Part shown: positions 47,453 through 56,412 of the stretch, in pieces
Layout: every line of letters begins with the position of its first letter
Position numbering within the stretch: position 1 is the stretch's first letter
Virus record (IMG/VR): IMGVR_UViG_3300048838_001102
Location: 1-58,038 of that record
DNA: 58,038 nt
Source of the DNA: a virus
Lineage: Duplodnaviria > Caudoviricetes
Reading direction: 5' to 3' (one strand)
The notes under the pieces: generated by a model
Databases searched by the model: none
What the model saw: only the letters and a program-made list of their open reading frames with translations
What the model was told of the DNA's origin: nothing
Made by a program: the position numbers and the translations under genes

Positions 47453-47701
47453 ATGTATGAAATAGAAAAAAACCTTCCTATCCCCAAGGATGGCCGAGGC
47501 AGGCCGCGTGATAGAAAATACCCTTTCAGCTCCATGGAGATCGGGGATTCTTTTTTCATACCCTGTTCTGACAAAAAAGAAGCCACAAAACGAGCGAATC
47601 GGGTAATGAGCAGCGCACGCAGATCCCGAAAATCGATCGAAAATAAAAAATTTACAACCCGGGCTTTCGATGACGGTGTGCGCGTTTGGCGTATTAAATA
47701 A
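47453..47701 (+). CDS. Small basic putative DNA-binding protein
   Basis: IEKNLPIP..KYPFSSMEIGDSFF..VRVWR motif. Confidence 0.75.
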   Translation: MYEIEKNLPIPKDGRGRPRDRKYPFSSMEIGDSFFIPCSDKKEATKRANRVMSSARRSRKSIENKKFTTRAFDDGVRVWRIK

Positions 47702-47716
47702 GAGGAGAAAAAACCG

Positions 47717-48604
47717 ATGAAACGAATACTGTTCCTTATAACTGTCATGCTGTTTATCTTCACCCCGTTTGCTCACGCGAACGGCCACAACCATCATAAC
47801 CAGGATGTTACCAACAACTATACCACGAACAACAGCCCCAAAGCCACCGCAACGGCTAATCCTACAGCCACCGCAACGGCCATCGCAGCTCCGGTGGTCA
47901 TCTCTAACCCTTCTGCGATTGCCGGACAAAAGCAGGGCCAGGGGCAAGGCCAGGAGCAGGATCAGCGCCAAGGGCAAACCCAGCTCCAAAACAACACCAT
48001 GCGTAACAGTTTTAATACTTACCAGCAGCGCGAGTTCCTTAATACCGGCACAGCGCAGCAAGGCCCGCTTGTACCATATTACGGCCCGCAGCAAAAAAAC
48101 GAAGCGGTTGTTGATGTGGCAAAGCTTTTGCTGTATCATAATCGGTTCACCGAGGGAATGTTGATTAAAGCCCTGACCGATGCCAACGTGATGTGCAAAT
48201 GGGATCAATACAATGAGGGCATCGAGGCGGTAAAAGCCGATGTCAATGGCGACAAATGGATTCAGATTATCGTGTCTGAGGGAAAAATCGCCGGCAATTA
48301 CACGGTGGCCGGGTTTGTAGCGGCCAGGGCCAGAAACGGTCGGACCAACAGCCTTGAGGTCGTGCTAAAGGCCGCTTATGAGGCGTTGCAGCGTGGTTGT
48401 ACGACGCTGCATGTCGTCGGCCAGGGGGCGATCGGGCATAACCGGTCAACAGGCTGGGGCGTTGGGCTCAATTACAGTGGCGGGCATATGAGTCAGGACC
48501 AGCTTGACGGCAACGTGTATTCCGGCGGTCCGGGTTACTCATCTGGTAAAGCCTGGAATGAGCATCACCCTTGGGTGCAGGCCTTTGGCTTAGTGGAGAA
48601 ATAA
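47717..48604 (+). CDS. Secreted/envelope protein with low-complexity linker
   Basis: Signal peptide ending AHA; ATATA and GQGQGQ tracts. Confidence 0.7.
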   Translation: MKRILFLITVMLFIFTPFAHANGHNHHNQDVTNNYTTNNSPKATATANPTATATAIAAPVVISNPSAIAGQKQGQGQGQEQDQRQGQTQLQNNTMRNSFNTYQQREFLNTGTAQQGPLVPYYGPQQKNEAVVDVAKLLLYHNRFTEGMLIKALTDANVMCKWDQYNEGIEAVKADVNGDKWIQIIVSEGKIAGNYTVAGFVAARARNGRTNSLEVVLKAAYEALQRGCTTLHVVGQGAIGHNRSTGWGVGLNYSGGHMSQDQLDGNVYSGGPGYSSGKAWNEHHPWVQAFGLVEK

Positions 48605-49924
48605 ATGTCTCACGCCATCCCTATTTTACAGCCATCTGCGTTCAAACGCACCATCGAGTGCCCCGGCTGGGGCGGTCTTTGCACAAAGCACGGGCTCGTC
48701 CAGCCGGAATCCAAGTGGGCGATCGAAGGTTCCGCCGCTCACTTTCTGGCCGACCGGTGCGTGTCGGCCGGCATTAACCCGGCGCTGTTCGCCGGCCAGC
48801 AGATCTGGCAGACAAACGACGGCAACTTTGCCATCTCAACGGACCGGTCCAAGATCCCTGTCGCCAAAATTACCATCACAGATGACATGGTAGCGGCGGT
48901 AAAGGTCTACGCCGATGAGATACTCCGGCAAAAATCAGTGACTATCGGCGCGCAATGCTATTCGGAGCGCAGGGTAGACCTTTCCTGGCTGGTACCCGGC
49001 ATGTTCGGAACCGTGGACTATCATATCATAGAACCGATGAACGTGTTGTATGTCACCGATTACAAGCACGGCGCCGGGGTTGTCGTTGAGGTCGGGGAAA
49101 AGCCCGGCGATAATGTGCAAACATCCATTTACGCCCTGGCCGCACTCGGGGAAAACAACCGGCACATGGTGGGCGAGGTTATATCCACCATCGTTCAGCC
49201 GCGGGCGCCGCACCCCGCCGGCCCGGTGCGGTCAATAAAATATGATGTCGAGGATTTGTACGCCTGGGGGCGGGCGGTCGTGGTCCCGGCGGCCAGGGCG
49301 GCGATGCAAAAAGACGCGCCGCTCAAAGCCGGCCCCTGGTGCCGCTTTTGCCCGGCATCGTCTCCGGCGTCCAAGCTGTGCCCCGAGATTGTCAAGCAAA
49401 TGGCCGAGCGCGCCAACATCATGTTTCCGTCGGAGGATCAGTTGTTGCCCGCGGTCAAGTCGGCGCCCCCGGACCCGGTTACCATGACCGGGGAAGCGCT
49501 GGACCGGTTTCTGGATTTTGCCGATGTGTTTGACAGTCTGATCAAAGCGGTGAAAAATGAGGCCTACCAGCGGCTCCTGCGCGGCGCGGCTGATGCTCCG
49601 ATCCGGTATAAGCTGGTTGCCGGGCGCTTGAGCACACGCGCCTGGGCCTTTGAGGGGGGCGAGCTCTTGCGTAAATTGCAGGAGCACGCCCACATTGACG
49701 AGGCGGATCTTTTCGATTATGCGCCGAAAAGTCCGGCTAAAGTTGAGCAACTGCTCAAGAAAGGAGGCTATAAAGCAGGGCATATCAAAGAACTATTTGA
49801 ACCACTGTTGGGCGAACGCAAACCTGGCAACCCCACCCTGGCGCCCATCGATGACCCAAGACCAGCGTTGCCACCAACTGCCGAACTTATGTTTGGCCAA
49901 GCCGAAAACTCAAACGACTTATAG
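48605..49924 (+). CDS. DUF2800 Cas4-like PD-(D/E)xK exonuclease
   Basis: PSA..CPG, EGSAAH, FGTVD, DYKHG, Q..IYAL, WCRFCP. Confidence 0.9.
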   Translation: MSHAIPILQPSAFKRTIECPGWGGLCTKHGLVQPESKWAIEGSAAHFLADRCVSAGINPALFAGQQIWQTNDGNFAISTDRSKIPVAKITITDDMVAAVKVYADEILRQKSVTIGAQCYSERRVDLSWLVPGMFGTVDYHIIEPMNVLYVTDYKHGAGVVVEVGEKPGDNVQTSIYALAALGENNRHMVGEVISTIVQPRAPHPAGPVRSIKYDVEDLYAWGRAVVVPAARAAMQKDAPLKAGPWCRFCPASSPASKLCPEIVKQMAERANIMFPSEDQLLPAVKSAPPDPVTMTGEALDRFLDFADVFDSLIKAVKNEAYQRLLRGAADAPIRYKLVAGRLSTRAWAFEGGELLRKLQEHAHIDEADLFDYAPKSPAKVEQLLKKGGYKAGHIKELFEPLLGERKPGNPTLAPIDDPRPALPPTAELMFGQAENSNDL

Positions 49925-49936
49925 GAGAAACAACCA

Positions 49937-50560
49937 ATGAGTGAAAAAAGTGTATCCATGCCCGCCCGTACCAGCCCCCCTGTCCGTATCAGCTACCCCC
50001 AGGTGTTTACCCCTCGGGCGTTTAAAGGTTCGGACCCGAAATATTCGGTCACTCTTATGTTCGACAAAAAGAACAAAGAGCATGTCGAGTTTGTTAAAAT
50101 GATCAAGGCCGATGCGGAAAAAGCCCTCGCGGAAAAATGGCCGGACGCCTCAACGCGGCCCCGTATTCCGGTGGTGGGCGATACCCGATCGCTGATTAAG
50201 GACGGGGACAAGACCTGCGATACCCAAGGTATTCCTTTGAAAGAAAAAAACCTCGAGTACGAGGGCCACTGGACTATGCGCGCGGCGTCCGCCAACAAGC
50301 CGGTCGTCGTAGACCGCAATCGGCAAGAGATCATCAACGCCGGTGATATCTACGGCGGCTGTTTTTGCCAGGTTAACGTCAACGTCTACACCTTTAATGG
50401 TGAAACCAACAAGGGTGTTACCGCCGGCTTAAACGGCCTGTTGAAATATTCCGACGGCGAAAGCTTCGGCGGCGGTCGCCCCTCGGCCGATGTCATGTTT
50501 GGCGAAGCTCCGCCCGCCGATGGCGCCGACCCGTTTGCTTCAGATGAAATTCCGTTCTAA
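49937..50560 (+). CDS. DUF2815 single-stranded DNA-binding protein (T7 gp2.5-like)
   Basis: RISYP.VF.P, KYSVTL, IKDGD, IYGGC, NKGV..GLN, DGESFGG, acidic tail DEIPF. Confidence 0.92.
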   Translation: MSEKSVSMPARTSPPVRISYPQVFTPRAFKGSDPKYSVTLMFDKKNKEHVEFVKMIKADAEKALAEKWPDASTRPRIPVVGDTRSLIKDGDKTCDTQGIPLKEKNLEYEGHWTMRAASANKPVVVDRNRQEIINAGDIYGGCFCQVNVNVYTFNGETNKGVTAGLNGLLKYSDGESFGGGRPSADVMFGEAPPADGADPFASDEIPF

Positions 50561-50576
50561 CGTAAAGTAAGTTCAC

Positions 50577-50610
50577 CCGCGGCTCCGCCAGTTTCCGGCG
50601 GAGCCGTGGT
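50577..50610. other. GC-rich hairpin downstream of SSB (stabiliser or terminator)
   Basis: CCGCGGCTCCGCC / GGCGGAGCCGTGG, weak U-tail. Confidence 0.55.
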
Positions 50611-50630
50611 CCTTCAGGGGGGTATGCCGC

Positions 50631-50879
50631 ATGGTAACGATCAATAGCAGGTGGACAATTGAGCGGGACAACGATCAGTGGACGCTGTTTGAAAACATCC
50701 CGGGTAAAAACCGTGAGACAGGAGAGCCAATCATTACGGCCCGGCGCCGGTATTTCCCGTCCTTGCAATCCGCGGTGCTGCGGGTATCAGAGTTGTCGCC
50801 GGAAGACGCGCTCGACTATTGCGATCTGCTGTTAAAATTGGATGAACTTATAAACGCGGTGAAAGGGATAAAATTATGA
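50631..50879 (+). CDS. Hypothetical protein
   Basis: 82 aa, ATGA coupling to next gene. Confidence 0.7.
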   Translation: MVTINSRWTIERDNDQWTLFENIPGKNRETGEPIITARRRYFPSLQSAVLRVSELSPEDALDYCDLLLKLDELINAVKGIKL

Positions 50880-51118
50880 GCAAAGTCATTGGAAAAATCG
50901 GCATAGACGGCTGTCTGTATATCGAGCGGAAACGTAAGACCGGCAAAAAGTGCGAATTGATGGAGTGTATGAGCGTGTCGGAGCGCTCTTGCGGCGATTA
51001 CTGCGCGGGATTCGGAGAACCAGAGATAATTTCCTGGCAAATAAAAGAAGACGCTGGCGCGAAATTGTCGTTGTGCGCCAAGACCATAACCTTCGACGTG
51101 TTTACAGACGAGCGATAA
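50876..51118 (+). CDS. Small Cys-containing hypothetical protein
   Basis: 80 aa, tightly packed before the polymerase. Confidence 0.65.
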   Translation: MSKVIGKIGIDGCLYIERKRKTGKKCELMECMSVSERSCGDYCAGFGEPEIISWQIKEDAGAKLSLCAKTITFDVFTDER

Positions 51119-51119
51119 T

Positions 51120-53264
51120 ATGCGCGTTGAGCAGGCGGTAATTGATTTTGAAACAAGATCCACGGTTGATTTGACTGTCACTGGCGTATGGCCGTATGCT
51201 GCTCACCCGTCTACTGAAATCATGTGTTTATCGGTAGCCGTTAATGCAGCGCGGCCCCTTTTATGGATACCGGATAAATTCTATCGCCTGGTGTCCGGCC
51301 TAAAACTCGAATATGAAACAATCACTGAATCCCGACTTCTCGGTATCTTATCACAGGCTGAAAAAGTAATCGCGTTCAATGCTCAGTTTGAATTTGTCAT
51401 CTGGAATAATCTTGCGGTTCCGCGCCGCAATTGGCCGGCGCTGCTACTTGAAAAGCTTTACGACGTGCAGGCTCAATGCGCGTATCATGCGCTACCACTT
51501 AATCTGGACATGGCCGGCCGGGCGCTTGGGCTATCGCTGGTAAAAGATTCAACCGGGCACAAGGTAATGCTCAAGTTGTGTAAACCCCGCAAGCCGAAAA
51601 AAGGCGAAGACCTTGATAAAATATATTGGCATGAAAAACCAACGGATCTGGTAACACTGTTCAACTATTGTGGCAAGGATGCCGAAGCCGAGCGGGCCAT
51701 TTACCATACCTTGCCGCAACTGCCGGAATACGAGCGGCGGATATGGCTCATGGACCAGCGGATAAACGCTCGCGGGGTGCCGGTTGATATCGTGGCGGTC
51801 AAGGCCGTTGTCAAAGTGGTCAAGCAATACGAGCAAAAGATGCTTGACGATTTCGCGGTAGCGGTCAATGGCGAAGTCTCCGGGCCACGCTCGTATGTCG
51901 CGCTGCGCAATTGGGTCAACGAAAAAGCGGGCCTCAATCTGGACAGTCTGGATAAAAACACCACCGCGGCGCTGATCAAGGAAGGCAAGCTGGATGAAAA
52001 CGTTCTGCTAGCGCTCCAAATCAAATCCGAGCTATCCAAATCGTCGGTTGCCAAGCTGGAAGCTATGGACGCTTTCGCGTCAGTAGATGGCCGCGCCCGC
52101 GGGTTGTTCAAGTACCATGCCGCCGCCACCGGACGCGCCGGCGGGGTTGCGGTACAACCCCAGAACCTACCCCGAGATTCCTACACCCCCGAAGTCTATG
52201 ATGGGGTTATCGAGTCGTTCCGCGATGTAGATTTAGAATGCCTTGATATGATGTATGACGGCCCGTTTTACGCTGCGTCACGCTGCATACGCGGGTCGTT
52301 TCAAGCCGAAGAAGGGTGTCGCTTCCTATGCGGGGATTTCAGCTCTATCGAAGCGATCGGGCTGGCGCAATTGGCCGGGCAGCAATCCACGCTGGATACT
52401 TTTGCCGCCAGGCGGTGTTTGTATAAAACCGCTGCGGCTGAGTTATTCAATAAGCCGTATGATCTCGTAAGTAAAGCTGAACGGCAGGTATCCAAGTGTG
52501 AAATTTTAGCCGCGGGTTACAACGGAGGCATAGGTGCGTATGCCACCATGGCGCAAACATATCGTGTAGATCTTGAAACACTACCCCCGATTATACTACC
52601 GATGGCTACTGGGGAAGAGCTTGATGGTCAATACGGTGCTAAAGCTTTAGCCGCCAATTACCTGTCACGCAATCCAGGTGCTATGTCGTTGGATGCGGCT
52701 ATCGCGTGCGATATCATAAAGCGTAGATGGAGAGCCAATAACGAAAAAGTGGTAGAGTTTTGGGGCGGGATAAAAGAAGCGTCTATCGGCGCTGTGATGA
52801 ATCCGGGCAGTCTGTTTTCATTTCGCGGCATAAAGTTTAAAGTTCATCGCGGGTTTCTAAAATGCCTGCTGCCCAGCGGTAGAATACTGCATTATTTTCA
52901 ACCCCGGCTTGAGGACGTGGACGCGCCATGGGGTGATACCACAAGAGCTATTACCTTTATGGGGTTGAAAGTTGTTGAGGGCAAGACCACTCGGCAGTGG
53001 TCGCGGCTGTCTACACATTCTGGAAAAATTACGGAAAATATAGTTCAGGCGTTCTGCCGCGATCTGTTGATGGAAGCGATGTTGCGGCTTGAGGACGCCG
53101 GCTATCCGGTTGTGATGCATGTTCATGATGAGGCGGTCAGCGAACTTGAAAACGGCGTTGGAACTTTAGATGAGTTTTTGAAAATAATGGAGCAAGTACC
53201 CTCCTGGGCTGTCGGCATGCCGATACGGGCCGAGGGGTGGGAAGGAAGGAGATATCAGAAATGA
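51120..53264 (+). CDS. Family A DNA polymerase with 3'-5' exonuclease (APSE-like)
   Basis: IDFETRS, FNAQFE, Y...D; TGR, QPQNLPR, DFSSIE, RQVSK....GY, ENIVQA, HVHDE. Confidence 0.95.
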   Translation: MRVEQAVIDFETRSTVDLTVTGVWPYAAHPSTEIMCLSVAVNAARPLLWIPDKFYRLVSGLKLEYETITESRLLGILSQAEKVIAFNAQFEFVIWNNLAVPRRNWPALLLEKLYDVQAQCAYHALPLNLDMAGRALGLSLVKDSTGHKVMLKLCKPRKPKKGEDLDKIYWHEKPTDLVTLFNYCGKDAEAERAIYHTLPQLPEYERRIWLMDQRINARGVPVDIVAVKAVVKVVKQYEQKMLDDFAVAVNGEVSGPRSYVALRNWVNEKAGLNLDSLDKNTTAALIKEGKLDENVLLALQIKSELSKSSVAKLEAMDAFASVDGRARGLFKYHAAATGRAGGVAVQPQNLPRDSYTPEVYDGVIESFRDVDLECLDMMYDGPFYAASRCIRGSFQAEEGCRFLCGDFSSIEAIGLAQLAGQQSTLDTFAARRCLYKTAAAELFNKPYDLVSKAERQVSKCEILAAGYNGGIGAYATMAQTYRVDLETLPPIILPMATGEELDGQYGAKALAANYLSRNPGAMSLDAAIACDIIKRRWRANNEKVVEFWGGIKEASIGAVMNPGSLFSFRGIKFKVHRGFLKCLLPSGRILHYFQPRLEDVDAPWGDTTRAITFMGLKVVEGKTTRQWSRLSTHSGKITENIVQAFCRDLLMEAMLRLEDAGYPVVMHVHDEAVSELENGVGTLDEFLKIMEQVPSWAVGMPIRAEGWEGRRYQK

Positions 53265-53809
53265 TTGATGGAAAAACGCTTGATCAATGGGCTAAGGAAA
53301 AAGATGTGGATGTTGATATTTTAGAGGGCGCGGCTGAAAAATTAGAAAAAAACGCGCAAGCAATCATGCAAAAATGTGTCCGTATGACTGAGCGGGAAGA
53401 AGCCGAGGAGATGTGGAAGTTGCAGTCAACTTCCGTTGAGGAAAATCCGATCAAGGATTCCGGCCTGCGCCGGTCCTATGTAACAGGGTCGGTAAGGGAC
53501 GTTCGCACCGGTAAAGGCAGGTTCGATTTGATTTCACCTATAGCGCTGCGGCGTTTGGCTGTCCATCTGGAAAACGGCGCGCGAAAATATGACGAGCGTA
53601 ACTGGGAAAAAGGCCAGCCGCTTATGGATTACATCGATTCTGCTCTGCGGCACATAGCGTCTTATGTGGAAGGCTATCGGGATGAGGACCACATGGCGGC
53701 GGCGTTGTGGAATATCCACGGATTTATTCACACCGAAGAACTGATTAGCCGAGGTGTTTTACCAAACAGTTTGGACAATCGGCCGGTATCGATGATTCGT
53801 GAAAAATAA
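53261..53809 (+). CDS. DUF5664 dATP/dGTP diphosphohydrolase-domain protein
   Basis: GKGRFDLI, GARKYDERNWEKG, DSALRH, EDHMAA. Confidence 0.85.
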   Translation: MIDGKTLDQWAKEKDVDVDILEGAAEKLEKNAQAIMQKCVRMTEREEAEEMWKLQSTSVEENPIKDSGLRRSYVTGSVRDVRTGKGRFDLISPIALRRLAVHLENGARKYDERNWEKGQPLMDYIDSALRHIASYVEGYRDEDHMAAALWNIHGFIHTEELISRGVLPNSLDNRPVSMIREK

Positions 53810-53833
53810 AATCTACATTATACGAAAAAGGTG

Positions 53834-53863
53834 TTGACATTAAAAACACTCAGACAGTAAAGT
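53834..53863 (+). promoter_or_regulatory. Promoter with shared ACAG-TA motif
   Basis: TTGACA-N14-ACAG-TAAAGT. Confidence 0.6.
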
Positions 53864-53963
53864 GGGTTTAAACAAAACAGGAGGTTGCCATGTCGCTGAA
53901 TCATGTCTACCCCGAGGAAATTAAAACCCACGCAATCGAACGTCTGCTTAAAAAGGAAATGAA

Positions 53964-54497
53964 ATGCTCTACATTGGAATTGACCCAGGTCTTACAGGCG
54001 CAGTCGCCGCCGTCGATAATGAGTACGGCGCTGTCATGTTCTGGGATACGCCAATCATTGAAATGACAAAAACCAAAAAGAAAACCGTGGTTGATGTCAT
54101 CTCCGGTAAAGCCGCCGGCAAGAAAACCAAACGGGATTTTCTGCCAGCACAAATGGCACAAATATTAGCGCAGTTCAGCCCACCCTGCCACGTGTGGATC
54201 GAAAAAGTCGGTGCCATGCCTGGCCAGGGGGTGACATCGATGTTTGGATTCGGAAAAGGCTTTGGCATGTGGCTCGGAATTATCGCGGCGCTGAAAATAC
54301 CTTATACGGAAGTGCCGCCTCAAACCTGGAAAAAAGTTATCATGTCCGGCATCCACGACAAAGACGCATATCGTTTGCAAGCGCAGCGGCTTTTCCCTCA
54401 ATGCACCAAAGACCTGTCACGGAAGATGGACCACGGTAGAGCCGATGCTTTGCTGATTGCGGAATACGGCAGACGTGTTTCCCCGTCGGCGGGATGA
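53964..54497 (+). CDS. ruvC: RuvC-like Holliday junction resolvase
   Basis: IGIDPG, IEKV, QGVTSMF.FG, P.TWK, DGRADALLIA-type C-terminus. Confidence 0.92.
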   Translation: MLYIGIDPGLTGAVAAVDNEYGAVMFWDTPIIEMTKTKKKTVVDVISGKAAGKKTKRDFLPAQMAQILAQFSPPCHVWIEKVGAMPGQGVTSMFGFGKGFGMWLGIIAALKIPYTEVPPQTWKKVIMSGIHDKDAYRLQAQRLFPQCTKDLSRKMDHGRADALLIAEYGRRVSPSAG

Positions 54498-54868
54498 ATA
54501 AACTTTTTTACGAAAGGAGTTTTGCGGCTATGCAATCTAAGGGTATAAAGGCGCCCACCGGCGGGGAAAATTCTTGTAAGGGGCTCATCTTTCGCGCGCA
54601 TTGCGTAGAGTTCTACAGCGAAAAAGACGTGAAAAACGGCAACGGATACGTATTTACAAATGTTTTTCTTCAAAACGCGAAGCGGTTGACCATGCGTAAA
54701 CGGTTATCGTGTCCCGGATGTGGTTCCTGTTTGGCAATTAAAGAGGAAATGCGCCAGGCAGGGGATAATATACGCATAGAGGGTTTTGATCAAATCAAAG
54801 ACGGCGGTTATTACCAGATCGTGATGAACGAAGATGGTTTTATCGTCGTACCGTATGAAAGGGGGTGA
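54494..54868 (+). CDS. Hypothetical protein
   Basis: ATGA overlap; SCPGCGSC motif. Confidence 0.7.
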   Translation: MNKLFYERSFAAMQSKGIKAPTGGENSCKGLIFRAHCVEFYSEKDVKNGNGYVFTNVFLQNAKRLTMRKRLSCPGCGSCLAIKEEMRQAGDNIRIEGFDQIKDGGYYQIVMNEDGFIVVPYERG

Positions 54869-54872
54869 AAGA

Positions 54873-55031
54873 ATGGTTAGACCTGCAAAAGATGCAAAAG
54901 CAACAAAAAAATCTTTCGTGGTGAAAATCCTGTCTACCGGATCTGACGCGGTGCTGCTCGGCGCTATCAAAGCGGCATGCGACGGTATCGGTGACAAAGT
55001 AGTTGTTAAGCGGGCAAAAACCCTGGATTAA
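54873..55031 (+). CDS. Small basic protein
   Basis: GGGGGTG RBS before ATG 54873. Confidence 0.55.
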   Translation: MVRPAKDAKATKKSFVVKILSTGSDAVLLGAIKAACDGIGDKVVVKRAKTLD

Positions 55032-55051
55032 ACAGGTGCCTGATTAGTTGC

Positions 55052-55098
55052 AAGCCCCGCCCATATTCGGTCGCAAATTTATGGCGCGGGGGCTTTTT
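55052..55098 (+). terminator. Intrinsic terminator-like hairpin just upstream of the second tRNA-like element
   Basis: AAGCCCCGC-CCATA ... TATGG-CGCGGGGGCTT followed by a T-run. Confidence 0.65.
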
Positions 55099-55116
55099 GT
55101 TTCGAAAGATTATACC

Positions 55117-55288
55117 GCTGGCGTGGCGGAATCGACCGGAGAGGATGCGGCGTTGTGTGAGGAGCGGTGAAGTTGGGCCGCTGTGTATCCGGTTGAATGG
55201 TAGACGCACTCAAATATCGGTTTAAGAACCGACGCAGAACCAAGGCTACTCCTGGGGCGCTATGCAGGTTCGAACCCTGCCGCCAGCG
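55117..55288 (+). ncRNA. tRNA-Leu-like frame with 66-nt D-loop insert and expanded anticodon region
   Basis: Perfect acceptor GCTGGCG/CGCCAGC, T-arm GCAGG-TTCGAAC-CCTGC, D-arm split as GCGGAAT[insert]GGTAGACGC. Confidence 0.8.
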
Positions 55289-55309
55289 AAAACAGAAAGG
55301 GGAACTCGT

Positions 55310-55504
55310 ATGAACATACTCAGTTGCGATCGCTGTGGAATTGTATTAGACCTATCTAAGATGTCATTCCCCGCTGTGTTCGATCATGATACCGCCGGAA
55401 GGATAGAAGGAAATTCAGATTGGGTCGATGGGCGTTTGCTTCCCAAGACGGTGTGCCCGGTATGTGGGGGGATTATCTATGATCTGTCTTATGAGCAGGG
55501 ATAG
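55310..55504 (+). CDS. Small zinc-ribbon protein
   Basis: CDRC and CPVC; AAGGGG RBS. Confidence 0.7.
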   Translation: MNILSCDRCGIVLDLSKMSFPAVFDHDTAGRIEGNSDWVDGRLLPKTVCPVCGGIIYDLSYEQG

Positions 55505-55508
55505 TTTT

Positions 55509-55871
55509 ATGAAAGCAAAGTACCTGATATTTACCCTGCTGCTTTATGGTTGCGCCTCAACCCCGTTCGAGAATTGGACCGCCGCGGATACCGCAAGACA
55601 GGCGGCCTGGACGGCTGTGCATGGGGTGGATTGGGCTCAGACCCGCGAGATCGCTAAAAACCCGGAATACTATGAGCGCAACCCCTTTCTCGGGGATCAC
55701 CCATCGACAGCCGAGGTTGATGCGTACATGGCCGGCAGCCTGGCGGTATGCACGCTGGTATCTGGGCTCTTAGAACCAAAGTACCGAAGGCTTTTTCAGT
55801 ATCTTTCCATCGGGGTATCGACAACCGCCGTTGTAAACAACTATCATATTGGAGTGCGTGTTGGCTTCTAA
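55509..55871 (+). CDS. Putative lipoprotein/membrane protein
   Basis: MKAKYLIFTLLLYGC lipobox-like; D..QT..E.NP.LG..P motif; C-terminal Phe. Confidence 0.7.
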   Translation: MKAKYLIFTLLLYGCASTPFENWTAADTARQAAWTAVHGVDWAQTREIAKNPEYYERNPFLGDHPSTAEVDAYMAGSLAVCTLVSGLLEPKYRRLFQYLSIGVSTTAVVNNYHIGVRVGF

Positions 55872-56319
55872 AAACGTATTGCGTCAGCATTTTGCATGCG
55901 CGCTGTTTGAGGGCTTCTGCGGCATGCTCCAAGACCAGGGAGCCGGCGGCGGGGATCTGCAATTCGACGGCATATGCAAACGGGTTGAGGCAACGTGCGA
56001 CGCCGCGGTAAGGGTCATAAAGCGCGACCCTGGCGGCACGTTGGAGATAGATGATATCGCGCGCATAAAGCGGGCTATGGAGGTATTCAGGCGAGCTACG
56101 TTTATCGATCGGCCGTTTGATTTAACAGAGCCGATAGCCATGATGATTTGCGTGTTTGTGGATCAACTTGCCCGGATAAAAAACCCGGCGAAGAAAAAAG
56201 CGTTTTCTGATATGCTGGCCGAAACTGAAAACCTTATGGCATGGGCCGACCCGGAGTGGGTTTATTCGGGTGATGACGGGTATCGGGCGGCAACCATTTT
56301 TGAAAGTTTGAGCATATGA
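55849..56319 (+). CDS. Hypothetical protein
   Basis: ~156 aa ORF, start uncertain. Confidence 0.65.
   Translation: MECVLASKNVLRQHFACALFEGFCGMLQDQGAGGGDLQFDGICKRVEATCDAAVRVIKRDPGGTLEIDDIARIKRAMEVFRRATFIDRPFDLTEPIAMMICVFVDQLARIKNPAKKKAFSDMLAETENLMAWADPEWVYSGDDGYRAATIFESLSI
55980..56037 (+). repeat. 58-bp exact direct repeat (second copy 57363..57420)
   Basis: ACGGGTTGAGGCAACG...CCCTGGCGGC read in both places. Confidence 0.95.
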
Positions 56320-56412
56320 GGACAGGTAATAAGCAACTTTATCTGCCGTTCGATGACACCGCGCATATGGTCTTTGAATAACAGCTAATCTTTTTGATGG
56401 GTTGGAGGTGTG

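Noticed and set aside
48605-49924. CRISPR-associated cas4
   Set aside because: Context with DUF2815 SSB and PolA marks it as the usual phage replication exonuclease
53261-53809. 2-aminoadenine (Z) genome system
   Set aside because: No PurZ or DatZ-like gene seen; DUF5664 alone is insufficient
55117-55288. Ordinary functional tRNA-Leu(UAA)
   Set aside because: 66-nt D-loop insert, 6-nt anticodon-like loop, displaced arm and G discriminator; reported as tRNA-like instead
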